Virus record (IMG/VR): IMGVR_UViG_3300029288_003766
Span: 89,787-153,786 of that record
Length of the DNA stretch: 64,000 bases
Origin: a virus
Taxonomy: Duplodnaviria; Heunggongvirae; Uroviricota; Caudoviricetes
Strand: one strand, 5' to 3'
This document shows positions 1-10,075 of the stretch, piece by piece; positions within the stretch are counted from its first letter, which is position 1; every line of letters starts with the position of its first letter. The notes beneath the pieces were generated by a model, which saw nothing but the letters and a program-made list of their open reading frames with translations, was not told the DNA's origin and ran no database searches. Position numbers and translations under genes: made by a program.

Positions 1-1
1 G

Positions 2-2626
2 TTAACCAATATTCTAAATAAATTAAGATCCAAGGCCCCTAAAGAAGAATGGGTGAATGGGAAGGTCTGTTTATTAAACTTCCACGATGATATTGATTAT
101 GATAAGATAAAAGGATATGACCTAGCAGTTATTCATAAAACTCCTGTAGGAAGCAACTTAGGTACTTATACTTTTAGGGATGGGGTTAATTGGCGAAAAT
201 TATCTGCTCAAAATAAATTTGTTGCTTTTGCTCACATACACCAGATGCAGAAGTTAAGTGAAAACTGTTTTGTAATTGGATCGCCTATGCATCTTGGGTT
301 TGGTGACGAAGGCCGAAGAGGTGTGTGGATCATAGACACTGATACCGGCAAATGTAACTTCCATAAGTTGGATTACCCCGAGTTTATCACAGTGGATAGT
401 CAGGATAAGATAAAAGATGATGGTAACTATTATACATTATTGGGGGCAAGATCAAAGCTAGAAAATGATAATGTTATTTCTGTAGTAGTTCCTCAGGTAT
501 TTGATGAAAGAATTAAGGCACAAGACTTTAACGGTATAATTCGGGAATGGTTGGCCATAAATAACAAAGATGACACATATTTGGAACTGGTTAAGGATAT
601 ACTGGATGAGAAACTATCTTTGGTTAAAGATATTTATAAAGGTAGATTGACCGATGTTAAAATAAAGGACTTTCTTTCGGTAGGCGATGTAGAATATAAA
701 ATACCTGATAAGGGGTTTACTCTTGTATCAGGTGATTCTGACAGCTTTAGCAGTAACGGATCGGGGAAGAGCACAATAATTGGTGAATCTATTTGTTGGG
801 GGTTAACTGGTGAGACCACTAAAGGGTTAACCGGTGGTGATGTTGTTCGGCGGGGCCAAAATGATTGTAGTGTTGAGTTAACTATTTGTCTAGATAATGA
901 CAGCTATGTTATAAGGAGGACTGTATTAGATGGGTTATCGATTACACCTTATAAGCATGGATGCTCTGTTGGTAATATTACAAGCGGTATGCGTAAACCA
1001 GATCGTCAAGACTACTTGGAGAACTCTATTTTAGGCTTTGGCAAGAAATTACTTTTAGCTTCTGTATATTTTAGCCAGGAAAATGTGTTAATGCTGACGA
1101 AGATGACTGATACAGAAACTACTAATATGGTGACCGATTTGTTGGGTTTTGAGCAATATGATGATTTACAATCTATGGTGGATAAGAAGATAAAGAAGTT
1201 TGATGAAGACATATTGGTTAGAGATAGGGATAAAGTAAATTTTGACAGGGATTTGGCTGTAAAAAGGTCTGAACTTGCTTATTTAGATAAAGGTATTGAA
1301 GATAAGAAAAGACAAATACATGATTTTGGGCAGTCTGTGCAGTCATACCAAGAAGTGGTTACTGGGTTAACCGCTAAGCTACATGAAGAGGAAATTATTG
1401 ATAAGGTCGACTACAGTAGTCAGATAAAAGAGCTGAATGAGAAACAAGATTTGTTGGCTAATAAGATAGATGCTATAAGAGAGAGCAGGGAGGAGGCTCA
1501 GGAGGAATATAATAGGTTATATGCTAAAGTTACTACTTTGAGAATCGATGCTGATACTATTAGCAGGGAACGACAAAAGGTAGAGAAAGAGATTGATGAT
1601 CTTAAGTCAGTTAAGATAGATGTTAGGTGTGATAAATGTGGTGCTGTAATTACGGGAGAAAACATTGATTCATTTATAGAGGAGAAGAACTATAGGATAC
1701 TTGGGATAGACGCAGAATGGGTTGTTTCCGACGCTAAATTAAAATCACAAGAACTTATTTTGGAAAATGCCAAAGATCAACTGACTAAGTTGAATAGTAA
1801 GGAAAAGTCCTTTATTCTAGAACAATCTAATATTAAACCTCAACTACTTTCTTTGAACAGTCTCAACAACGCACAAAAAGAAAAGGAACAGGATTTGTTG
1901 TTTAAGGAAGAGCGAATACGGGGGGAAATAAACAAATATACTTCCTCGATAAAGGATTATTCAGATAGGATAGTTTTATTTGAGGAAGAACTCATCAAAT
2001 TAAAAAATGATCGAGTTGCTAAATCTATTGAAATAAAAATAGTGGAATCTTATATTTCTGACATTGACCATGTGGTTGATGAGTATAAGGTGTCAATAGA
2101 TAAACTAGGGTTCTGGAAGACAGCTTTCTCACCTAAAGGTATTAGATCTGTATTACTGGATCGTTTCTGCAATGATGCAAACTCTAAGTTGAATGAATAC
2201 TTGTCTACCATTAGCGGTGGTACAATGAGTATTATGATTACCCCCACAAAAACAATAAAATCGGGGGAGGAAAGAAATAAGATAGGTATGTCTATCCAGT
2301 TGAATGGCAACGAGGTTAAATATGATGCCCTTTCTGGAGGTGAGAAAAGGAGGGTTGATGTTTCAGTATGTTTTGGGCTAAATAAGTTTGTCTCAGAAAA
2401 ATACGGGGTGGTCAACGGGGTCCTCGGATTGGTTATCCTTGATGAAGTGTTTTCATTTCTTGACAAAGCAGGTGAGGAATCTGTGGCCGAGTTGCTTTGG
2501 AATGAGGGTAAAAATAAGAGTGTCTTTGTAATAGATCATGCGTTGAATTTAAGCAGTTACGCTAATAGCATTTGGGTTGTTCATAAGGATAAGGATATTA
2601 GCACCTTGGAGATACTAAAACAATAA
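2..2626 (+). CDS. SbcD/Mre11-type nuclease fused to SbcC/Rad50-type ATPase (T4 gp47-gp46-like), 5' end outside window
   Basis: Frame is open from base 2. N-terminal part has Mre11-like AHIHQ...GSPMHLGFGDEG. It is followed by Walker A NGSGKST, a long coiled coil with zinc hook CDKCG, signature LSGGEKRR and Walker B VILDEVF. Confidence 0.9.
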   Translation, partial: LTNILNKLRSKAPKEEWVNGKVCLLNFHDDIDYDKIKGYDLAVIHKTPVGSNLGTYTFRDGVNWRKLSAQNKFVAFAHIHQMQKLSENCFVIGSPMHLGFGDEGRRGVWIIDTDTGKCNFHKLDYPEFITVDSQDKIKDDGNYYTLLGARSKLENDNVISVVVPQVFDERIKAQDFNGIIREWLAINNKDDTYLELVKDILDEKLSLVKDIYKGRLTDVKIKDFLSVGDVEYKIPDKGFTLVSGDSDSFSSNGSGKSTIIGESICWGLTGETTKGLTGGDVVRRGQNDCSVELTICLDNDSYVIRRTVLDGLSITPYKHGCSVGNITSGMRKPDRQDYLENSILGFGKKLLLASVYFSQENVLMLTKMTDTETTNMVTDLLGFEQYDDLQSMVDKKIKKFDEDILVRDRDKVNFDRDLAVKRSELAYLDKGIEDKKRQIHDFGQSVQSYQEVVTGLTAKLHEEEIIDKVDYSSQIKELNEKQDLLANKIDAIRESREEAQEEYNRLYAKVTTLRIDADTISRERQKVEKEIDDLKSVKIDVRCDKCGAVITGENIDSFIEEKNYRILGIDAEWVVSDAKLKSQELILENAKDQLTKLNSKEKSFILEQSNIKPQLLSLNSLNNAQKEKEQDLLFKEERIRGEINKYTSSIKDYSDRIVLFEEELIKLKNDRVAKSIEIKIVESYISDIDHVVDEYKVSIDKLGFWKTAFSPKGIRSVLLDRFCNDANSKLNEYLSTISGGTMSIMITPTKTIKSGEERNKIGMSIQLNGNEVKYDALSGGEKRRVDVSVCFGLNKFVSEKYGVVNGVLGLVILDEVFSFLDKAGEESVAELLWNEGKNKSVFVIDHALNLSSYANSIWVVHKDKDISTLEILKQ

Positions 2627-2817
2627 TGAGCGGACTACTTCCAGAAGGTTGGACGCAGGAAAAAATTGATGATACGTTAGAGTTTCAAAGAGTGAATAAG
2701 ATTTATTATTGTAGAGAATGTAATGACTGGGTACAGGACTTACCTCAGAAGCATATTTGTGAACCTCTTAGACTAATGGTGGAAAAAAGTGGAAATAGAC
2801 ACAACAAGAGAAGTTAG
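2626..2817 (+). CDS. small hypothetical protein with CxxC/HxC motifs
   Basis: Coupled by TAATG overlap; CRECN...HICE. Confidence 0.6.
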   Translation: MSGLLPEGWTQEKIDDTLEFQRVNKIYYCRECNDWVQDLPQKHICEPLRLMVEKSGNRHNKRS

Positions 2818-2944
2818 CCCAGAGTTTCCTTTTTATTATACTTGGTATGAAGATGGTATGGTAAAGGGTTGTGTGCACGATGCAGAGTATGGGTGCAAAG
2901 AATGTGTTTGTAAATTGTTTTGTTTATGTAGAGGAGATAAATGA
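2789..2944 (+). CDS. small Cys-rich hypothetical protein (51 aa, not in ORF track)
   Basis: Own translation MEIDTTREVSPEF...GCKECVCKLFCLCRGDK; ends in ATGA overlap with the next gene. Confidence 0.5.
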   Translation: MEIDTTREVSPEFPFYYTWYEDGMVKGCVHDAEYGCKECVCKLFCLCRGDK

Positions 2945-3633
2945 TGCGAAGAACAGGAGTAATAAAAAATGAGGGATGGATACTGAATAAACATAGTATA
3001 GGTGCAAGGGCTTGTTTAAAGTCTTTGAAAAGATATTGTAAAGAAATATGGGCTGAATATGTAAAAGTAAGAGACAATTATACATGTCAAATATGCGGAA
3101 GAAAAGAGTATCTAAATTCACATCATATCATTACTGCTAAATGTATTTATACAAAATTTGATCCTGAAGTTGGAATAACCTTATGTTCCAAATGCCATAA
3201 ACTGGGAACAGTGTCAGCACATAGTACTCCTTGGATTATTTATGAGTGGTTAGCGAAAAATAAACCAGAACAATATGAGTGGTTCTTGAAAAATAAAGAT
3301 AAGGTATATCTTAAACCACTAGAATTGAACTCAGATGATTATAAACGAATACTTGATCAATTGCTTGTAAGATTCGAAAATGATTACCCAGCAATTCTAA
3401 AGAGAAGTAAATATTACAAATTTACTGAAAAAGAAGAAGATGTAATAATTAATAGATATATTTCTGAAAATCATAGCATAATATCTATTGCAGATGAATT
3501 TAAGTGTGGTGTGGGGACCATAAGAGGAATGTTTAGAAGAAGGGGGGTAAAAATTAAAAGAAATCCTAGTAAGCATTTTGGATTACAAGCTAATCAAAAA
3601 AGTGAACAGATAGATGGAGGCGTAGATAGATGA
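2941..3633 (+). CDS. NinG/Rap-like HNH endonuclease with C-terminal HTH
   Basis: VRDNYTCQICG...NSHHII...ITLCSKCHK; C-terminal SIISIADEFKCGVGTIRGMF helix-turn-helix. Confidence 0.75.
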   Translation: MMRRTGVIKNEGWILNKHSIGARACLKSLKRYCKEIWAEYVKVRDNYTCQICGRKEYLNSHHIITAKCIYTKFDPEVGITLCSKCHKLGTVSAHSTPWIIYEWLAKNKPEQYEWFLKNKDKVYLKPLELNSDDYKRILDQLLVRFENDYPAILKRSKYYKFTEKEEDVIINRYISENHSIISIADEFKCGVGTIRGMFRRRGVKIKRNPSKHFGLQANQKSEQIDGGVDR

Positions 3634-3869
3634 GTTATTCAAAGAGTTTGGAGATGCGAATTGTTAGGACAAAGCATGTAGTTAGTTTTTATAATGGAAC
3701 ATGCGCATCTGATTTATTAAAAGATTTGGGTCAGGTTCCGAAGGAAGCAAAGGTTATAAAATTTGAAGATGCTTGTGATAATGATCCGGCGGAATCAAAT
3801 CCTAATAGGCAGCATATGATAATTTTTGAACTAGAACAGAATGATAACAAAAACCAAAAGGAGGAGTAA
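3630..3869 (+). CDS. hypothetical protein
   Basis: ORF coupled by ATGA overlap. Confidence 0.6.
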   Translation: MSYSKSLEMRIVRTKHVVSFYNGTCASDLLKDLGQVPKEAKVIKFEDACDNDPAESNPNRQHMIIFELEQNDNKNQKEE

Positions 3870-3870
3870 A

Positions 3871-4161
3871 ATGTTACCAAATGATGTAAACGTTGATCGT
3901 GTATTGCTATCAGAGGAAGATGGTGGGGGTAATAAACTTGAGTCTTTAATAGAAGAAATGCAACGGGCAAACTGCTACCAGATTACCTGCACAATTTTGG
4001 AAAAGGGAGTTTTTAAAAGTCATTTAATTACTCAAAATTTTCCTCGTAATGTAATGTTGGAGAAGCATCATATAGACTGTGAGAATCTTATAATTGATGA
4101 ACTGAGAAAAATACCTAATACAACTCAAGCAGAGCCGGAAGTTATTGACGCTAAATCATAA
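3871..4161 (+). CDS. hypothetical protein
   Basis: GAGGAG SD before ATG at 3871. Confidence 0.6.
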   Translation: MLPNDVNVDRVLLSEEDGGGNKLESLIEEMQRANCYQITCTILEKGVFKSHLITQNFPRNVMLEKHHIDCENLIIDELRKIPNTTQAEPEVIDAKS

Positions 4162-4185
4162 TAACAATGAATAGGAGAATTATTA

Positions 4186-5655
4186 ATGAAAGAACCTAGA
4201 CCAGATATTATTGATGGCCATATTCAGAAGGTGAAGGTTGGATGTGGCACTCTTTTTATACCTGTTGGTATGGAAAAAGGTAAGATTACTGAGATATTTC
4301 TTAATGGATCTAAGCTTGGGGGCTGCTATGATGAGGATACAGATGTTTTAACTGATAACGGATGGAAGAAATTTAAAGAGATAAACCAAATTGCAGATAG
4401 AGTAGCTACTCTTAATTTAAAAACAGATGAGTTGGAATACCAACTGCCTCTGGCATACCAGCATTACTACTATGAAGGAGTAATGTATGAAATTACAGGA
4501 AAAGGTGTTAACTTATTAGTAACACCCGATCATCAATTGTTATATCGTAGAAATACAAAAAGTAAAAAACAGAAAGAATTTAGATTACAGGGAATTAAGG
4601 AAGTTTATTTAAAGGAAAGGGTATTAAATTATCCTAGTATAGAATTGAAAAAAAATTGTATCTGGAATAATATAGTAGATAATGATGTTTTTGTTTTACC
4701 TGCTTATAAAACTTCTGTTTTATCAAGCAAAAACAGAGTATTTTTTAGAACAAAGAAAGAACGAGTTTTTAATATGTCTGATTGGTTAACCTTTTTGGGT
4801 TACTATCTATCAGAAGGTTGTACAAAAGATGGTGATGTTTCCATTTTTCAGCATGTAGAAAGCCCTACTTTTAACAAAATAAAGGATGTAGTTGGGAGAC
4901 TGGGGTTAAATTATAATATTAGCATTAGAAAGGATAGAAATAACAACGCAAGAATAAGATTTTTTGACGTTCAGATTTCTAGTTACCTATCACAGCTGGG
5001 TAAATCTGAGGATAAATTTGTTCCAAGAGAGTTTCTTAATTTGAATAGAGAATATCTTGAGATTTTAATGCGGTCTCTTATGGAAGGTGACGGATCTCTT
5101 AATAACGGAAAGTTTAGGAGATACTCAACTATATCACAACGCCTCGCAAATGATGTTTCAGAGATTCTTGTGAAACTTGGGTATGGTGTAAGCATAAGCA
5201 AAGTTAAACAGCGGGATACTATTGTAGATGGTAGGAATATACATAGGCATCCCTTTGGATATGAAGTTTATGTTTCTCAAACCAACCTAACTCCAGAAAT
5301 TTCTAGTAAACAAATTAGAAGAGTAGATTATAAAGGATTTGTGTATTGTTGCACAGTTCCCAACTCAACTTTGTTAGTAAGAAGAAAAGGAAAAATTGTA
5401 TGGTGTGGTAATTGCCGGGCGAATCAGGAAGGAATTGGTAGACTATTATCCTTAGCCTTTCGTCATGACATACCAATAGAGGAGATCATAGATCAATTAC
5501 AATTAATTATATGCCCGGCTTGTACAAGGGCTAAGGCAAAACTGGCTGATCCAGATAAGATAAAAGTCTTTCCAACATCTTGCCCCGACGCTGTAGCTAA
5601 ATTTCTCCAAACAATTGTTGATACAAACAAGAAAGAAACAAAAAAAGAGGCCTAA
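4186..5655 (+). CDS. stand-alone TSCPD-domain protein (class II ribonucleotide reductase C-terminal / NrdJb-like) interrupted by an intein
   Basis: Exteins KVKVGCGTLFI...EIFLNGSKLGG|CRANQEGIGRLLSLAFR...IDQL...CPAC...TSCPDAVAK. Confidence 0.85.
   Translation: MKEPRPDIIDGHIQKVKVGCGTLFIPVGMEKGKITEIFLNGSKLGGCYDEDTDVLTDNGWKKFKEINQIADRVATLNLKTDELEYQLPLAYQHYYYEGVMYEITGKGVNLLVTPDHQLLYRRNTKSKKQKEFRLQGIKEVYLKERVLNYPSIELKKNCIWNNIVDNDVFVLPAYKTSVLSSKNRVFFRTKKERVFNMSDWLTFLGYYLSEGCTKDGDVSIFQHVESPTFNKIKDVVGRLGLNYNISIRKDRNNNARIRFFDVQISSYLSQLGKSEDKFVPREFLNLNREYLEILMRSLMEGDGSLNNGKFRRYSTISQRLANDVSEILVKLGYGVSISKVKQRDTIVDGRNIHRHPFGYEVYVSQTNLTPEISSKQIRRVDYKGFVYCCTVPNSTLLVRRKGKIVWCGNCRANQEGIGRLLSLAFRHDIPIEEIIDQLQLIICPACTRAKAKLADPDKIKVFPTSCPDAVAKFLQTIVDTNKKETKKEA
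4324..5412 (+). mobile_element. intein with LAGLIDADG homing endonuclease (363 aa)
   Basis: Starts CYDEDTDVLTDNGWK, has LGYYLSEG and LMEGDGS LAGLIDADG-like motifs, ends VRRKGKIVWCGN followed by Cys+1. Confidence 0.92.
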
Positions 5656-6405
5656 ATGCGAGAAGTAAGATCTTACAACAGATTGGTCAACGATATTATC
5701 AACCTCCAAATTCCATTTAGGGTCGATATTATAGGATATGTCCAATATGAGCATATTTACCCCATACTTATGATTAATCGTATATCAAAGATGGCAAAGA
5801 AGAGTGTTGTTATTTCTTCTGGCCAGCATGGTGATGAATATTTTGCTGTTCATGTTTTACTGAAATGGTTGCAGAAGTTTGACCCCAAATTATTAGATGA
5901 TTTCAATATTACAATATTCCCTGTTGTAAATCCTTTTGGTTACGCAACAAATAGCCGAAGAAATGGTCACCGGCAGGATACCAACAGTGATAAAAACTTC
6001 TTTAAAAACTCTCCTGTTGCAGAATTGAGTATATTGTTTGATAATTTTCCTACAAACCCTGATCTTATTATGGATGTACATGGGGAGACAGATAAAGATT
6101 TTGTCCACGCTTATGAGAGGAAGGCTGATGATCTTCCATCAATTGCTACCCAAGCTCTTATTGATAATGATTCTATTCTGCCTTATGCCAGAAATAAGAC
6201 TATATGGAAGGTTGCTATAGGAGATGGTGGAGTTATCAACACTCCTGACCAGGATGTTGGTATAGAGGGAGCTTTAGAGAAGATCGGAACAGAATATACG
6301 ATAGCTCTCGAGTTGCCGGGCAGATATAACGGTCAAAAGAGGACGGCTGGAGGTATAGCGATTTTAAACTCTATATTGACAAACTTTAAGGAAACAATAA
6401 AATGA
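5656..6405 (+). CDS. M14-family zinc carboxypeptidase / succinylglutamate desuccinylase-like protein
   Basis: SGQHGDE (HxxE), FPVVNPFGY...RRN, DVHG, and ELP near the C-terminus. Confidence 0.8.
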   Translation: MREVRSYNRLVNDIINLQIPFRVDIIGYVQYEHIYPILMINRISKMAKKSVVISSGQHGDEYFAVHVLLKWLQKFDPKLLDDFNITIFPVVNPFGYATNSRRNGHRQDTNSDKNFFKNSPVAELSILFDNFPTNPDLIMDVHGETDKDFVHAYERKADDLPSIATQALIDNDSILPYARNKTIWKVAIGDGGVINTPDQDVGIEGALEKIGTEYTIALELPGRYNGQKRTAGGIAILNSILTNFKETIK

Positions 6406-7422
6406 AAAAGAAGAGAGAAAATAGTAAATTCTGTAAGACTGTTGCTAAATGTGCTAAAGAAGTTTCTAAGTGGCCAAAGTGGAAACAAAGATATGTAATT
6501 ACTGCAGAAGCAGCTATGACAGGTAAGTTTATAAAATGAGCTCTATTCCTGAACTACGAACTATAGAAGTTTGGTACGATGATGAGTACCGATATGAGGT
6601 TGTTTTGGATACTATTACTCGTACACCATCTGATGAATTTGGAAGTGTGAGTGCAATATCATTAGATTACAAAGTCTTGACTCAAACAAAAAGAATTAAG
6701 AAAAAGGATGTAGAATGAAAAAGATAATCTTTGTATTTGTGTTGGGAGCAGTAGAACAATTTGGGTACACTCTTTACCTGATTGCTGTGAATAGATATAT
6801 GGTTGTTGTTTCATCTTTGTTAGCGGTTTCATATATGTTTGTGTACCTTTGGATTATTAACTACGCGGTAAAGGATAAGAATTCTGTTCCTTTACTAGTA
6901 TCATACGCTCTTGCAATAGGTTTAGGAAACTATCTTGCAATGGCTATGCATTTAATTAAATAACAAGGAGGTGATAAAATGTGGATTGTAACAGTTTATG
7001 ATAGTAATAGGGAAGAACAAGTTGAGGTGATTGCTTTTGATTTTGACGAGCTAATTAACATTTTGAACTACGTAAAAAATAATGAAGACCAGTTATTTCT
7101 TAATCACGTAGAGGAAAGATGGGTGTCCTGCGGATTGGATGGGTTGAGAGAAGTTGTGGAAGATCATAAAAACGATATACCAGACAAAATATAAGGGAGG
7201 AGTAAAATGGGAGGAAATAAATCAGTATTAGTTATTAGTAAAACGTTGAGTATTTTTGATAAAATCATTAAAGATCTAAATAAGGGACTATTACTGTGTG
7301 AAAAAGAAGTTCAGGAAATAGACACAGAAATAGTTAGAGTGCAGGAGAAAAGAAAAGAGATTATAGATGCATCAGATAAAGCAAAGAAAGCTATCCATAA
7401 ATTAGAAGAAATTGTTGGTTAA
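6402..7422 (+). other. run of five small hypothetical genes (6402-6539, 6536-6718, 6715-6963 membrane protein, 6979-7194, 7207-7422 coiled coil)
   Basis: Tightly packed ORFs with ATGA overlaps or strong SDs; 6715-6963 has hydrophobic helices. Confidence 0.6.
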
Positions 7423-7599
7423 GATGGGGGGAGTAAATGACACAGCTATTTAAAACTAGTTCTGCAGAGGAAGAAATTAAGAATGTTGAAGTTTGGGATA
7501 GTACAAATCCTTTGACGGAGGAAAAAAGCCAAGAAAAATGTTTGTAATAATAACTACTAACTACAGAGTGGTGAAAATAGATCTTTAAAGGAGGAGTAA

Positions 7600-7995
7600 A
7601 TGAAGGTAAAATTATCCACAATCCAAGCAGCAGAGCAAGGTTTTCTTGCTATTTTGAAAGCTTCGATGCCTGTTAAGCTTTCATATGCTATTGGTAAAAA
7701 TCTTAAGAAGATAGTTAGCAAAATGGATGATATTGAGAAATCACGGTTAGGGTTGGTATCAAAATATGGAACAACCAATGATAAGGGTTTAACACAAGTT
7801 ACCCCGGAAAATATGGATACGTTTAATAAAGAGTACGGAGATCTTCTCACTCAGGAAGTTGAACTTGATCTATGGAAAATTTCTCTTAATAAACTTTCAG
7901 ATGCTGGTGTGAGACTAACGCCGGAACAAGTGCTGTCTTTGGAAGAATTTATAGAGGATGATACAGTTCAGACAGAACAAATTCCCGCAAAATAA
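7600..7995 (+). CDS. phage protein, DUF1617-like
   Basis: MPVKLSYAIGKNLKKI...SRLGLVSKYG pattern; SD GGAGGAG. Confidence 0.55.
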   Translation: MKVKLSTIQAAEQGFLAILKASMPVKLSYAIGKNLKKIVSKMDDIEKSRLGLVSKYGTTNDKGLTQVTPENMDTFNKEYGDLLTQEVELDLWKISLNKLSDAGVRLTPEQVLSLEEFIEDDTVQTEQIPAK

Positions 7996-8514
7996 ATGAT
8001 AATAATTGATCGAGAAAAACTTAAAGTTAAGTGTCGAGAAACCACCATCGAAGAATGTAAGCAGCTGGAGATTTTTTCTAAACTTGAGAATGAGTTGCTG
8101 GATTCTGGAGTTGGGCTAGCAGCAAACCAGATTGGTTTTGACATCCGGGCTTGTATTATTAGGATGAAAGATCTAAAATTGAATATGATAAACCCGGTAA
8201 TAGACGACTGTTACAAGCTTATTATTAATCCTAACGAGGGATGTTTGAGCTTTCCGGGTATACGGGTGAATACAAACAGGTATTACCAGGTTAGGGTCTC
8301 ATGGTTAGACTTTGATACAGAGAGGATAACCCAGGCTGTATTTTACGCAGATAGCCCTAATCGTAATGAAAATATAGTGGTCCAACATGAGGTTGATCAT
8401 CTCAATGGAATCCTCATCGAAGACAGAAGATGTGTAGTTCCTCAGAAAGTTGGTAGGAATGATATATGTCCGTGTGGTTCTGGTAAAAAATATAAAAAGT
8501 GTTGTTTAAAATAG
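7996..8514 (+). CDS. def: peptide deformylase with C-terminal SEC-C zinc motif
   Basis: GVGLAANQIG, EGCLS, QHEVDHLNG; C-terminal GRNDICPCGSGKKYKKCC. Confidence 0.93.
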   Translation: MIIIDREKLKVKCRETTIEECKQLEIFSKLENELLDSGVGLAANQIGFDIRACIIRMKDLKLNMINPVIDDCYKLIINPNEGCLSFPGIRVNTNRYYQVRVSWLDFDTERITQAVFYADSPNRNENIVVQHEVDHLNGILIEDRRCVVPQKVGRNDICPCGSGKKYKKCCLK

Positions 8515-8523
8515 GAGTTATTA

Positions 8524-8661
8524 ATGACGATTCAGGATCTATGCAAACAAGCTCATAAGACAGCTGTAGAGAAAGGATTTTGGGGGTGCCAACCATATTT
8601 TGATGATAGAAATGATGGTGAGTTGATCGCTTTGATGCATTCAGAATTGGAAGATAAATAA
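8524..8661 (+). pseudogene. truncated MazG-like nucleotide pyrophosphohydrolase fragment (45 aa)
   Basis: MTIQDLCKQAHKTAVEKGFW...RNDGELIALMHSELEDK*; stops right after the first HSE motif. Confidence 0.55.
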
Positions 8662-8691
8662 CCCCAATAAAACTAGGAAGGAGTTCTAAGT

Positions 8692-9651
8692 ATGAGAGAA
8701 AAAGAATCTAACAGGCCTTGGGATGATCTTGAGCTTCGCATTTTAATAAAAGAGTGGCCGAGGAGCAGGGGTAAAGATCATCTAACTAAGCTTCTTCCGG
8801 GCAGAAGCTGGAAAGCTATTAATAACAAGGCATCCAATTTGGATATTAAGAAGATGGATATATCTTCGGTTCCCATTAAAAATGGTAATGTTGTTAAGGG
8901 AGATTTTAGTTCATTGGAGGGGAATAAATTTAGATTTGGCGTTGTTTCAGATACTCATTTTGGTAGTAGATACGCTCAGATAACTTGGTTGCATTCTTTC
9001 TATAAGATATTGGAACAGCGTGGGGTAAAGACTTGTTTTCATGCCGGAGATTTGTCTGATGGTAATGGTGATCACTATCTCGGGCAACTTCAAGAGATGC
9101 ATCTTGTGGGCGGCGATAATTTAAGAAACTTTGTTGTTGATCATTACCCAAGATTCAAGGGCGGGAAAACCTATGCTATCTCCGGTTGGCACGATTTGGA
9201 TTTATGGACTAGGGAGGGATATGATCTATTGGAAAATGTGGCAAAAGAGAGGGATGATATTGTGTATCTTGGGCAGAATGACGCAACTTTTATCTTAGGT
9301 GATAGGAAAGTATATCTACTTCATCCTGCTGGTGGAACTGCTTATGCTATGTCCTACCATATACAAAAACTTGTCGAAGGTTTTGATTCCGGGGAAAAGC
9401 CCCACATAGCTCTTGTTGGTCATTATCATAGGGCTGAATTTATTCCATTTTTAAGGAACGTATGTTGTTTCCAAACAGGTAATTTCCAATGGAAGACCCC
9501 CTTTGCTATCAGAAAGAAACTTCAATGGCAATACGGTGGCTGGATAGTCGAAATGATTACATCTAAAAATGGTATAATTAGCATTAAGCCTGAGTTTATA
9601 CCTTTTTATGCTCCAATAGATCGTGATTATCTAAACTACAAGGAGAGATAA
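8692..9651 (+). CDS. calcineurin-like metallophosphoesterase with N-terminal helical (Myb/HTH-like) domain
   Basis: SDTHFGS, HAGDLSDG, GWHD (normally GNHD), LLHP, GHYH. Confidence 0.8.
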   Translation: MREKESNRPWDDLELRILIKEWPRSRGKDHLTKLLPGRSWKAINNKASNLDIKKMDISSVPIKNGNVVKGDFSSLEGNKFRFGVVSDTHFGSRYAQITWLHSFYKILEQRGVKTCFHAGDLSDGNGDHYLGQLQEMHLVGGDNLRNFVVDHYPRFKGGKTYAISGWHDLDLWTREGYDLLENVAKERDDIVYLGQNDATFILGDRKVYLLHPAGGTAYAMSYHIQKLVEGFDSGEKPHIALVGHYHRAEFIPFLRNVCCFQTGNFQWKTPFAIRKKLQWQYGGWIVEMITSKNGIISIKPEFIPFYAPIDRDYLNYKER

Positions 9652-9652
9652 A

Positions 9653-10065
9653 ATGGCAAGAGATGACCAGATTGTAAAAGATAGAGTTGCTCAGGGGTTG
9701 TGCCCGATCTGCGGGAAAAAATCAGAAGGTAAAACCACGTTAGTTTTTGACGCGAAGTTTGGTGAAGTGTTTATTTGCGAAAGGCATATTGTCCAAGGAT
9801 CTAATAAACTAGAGGAATAACTATGAGTGAAGAAACTAGAGCTAAGAAAGAAATTGTAATTAAAAGAAGGACAACTCCTGTTAAGAAAAGAAGTGCTACT
9901 GTGTATAATAGGAAGGTGAATAAGATCACAAAATGGTATGAGATCTTAGAGAAAAACAGAGAAATACCTGTGAGAACTAACCCCAATAATAAAAGGCCAG
10001 TAGGTCGCAAAGAGCTAAAACCTCTTGAAGAATATATAACAAAGATAAAGAAGATAGAAAATTAG
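9653..10065 (+). other. two small hypothetical genes (9653-9820 Zn-finger-like CPICG...CERH; 9823-10065 basic)
   Basis: SD-preceded ORFs; the first is my own translation. Confidence 0.55.
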
Positions 10066-10075
10066 GAGGTAAGTA

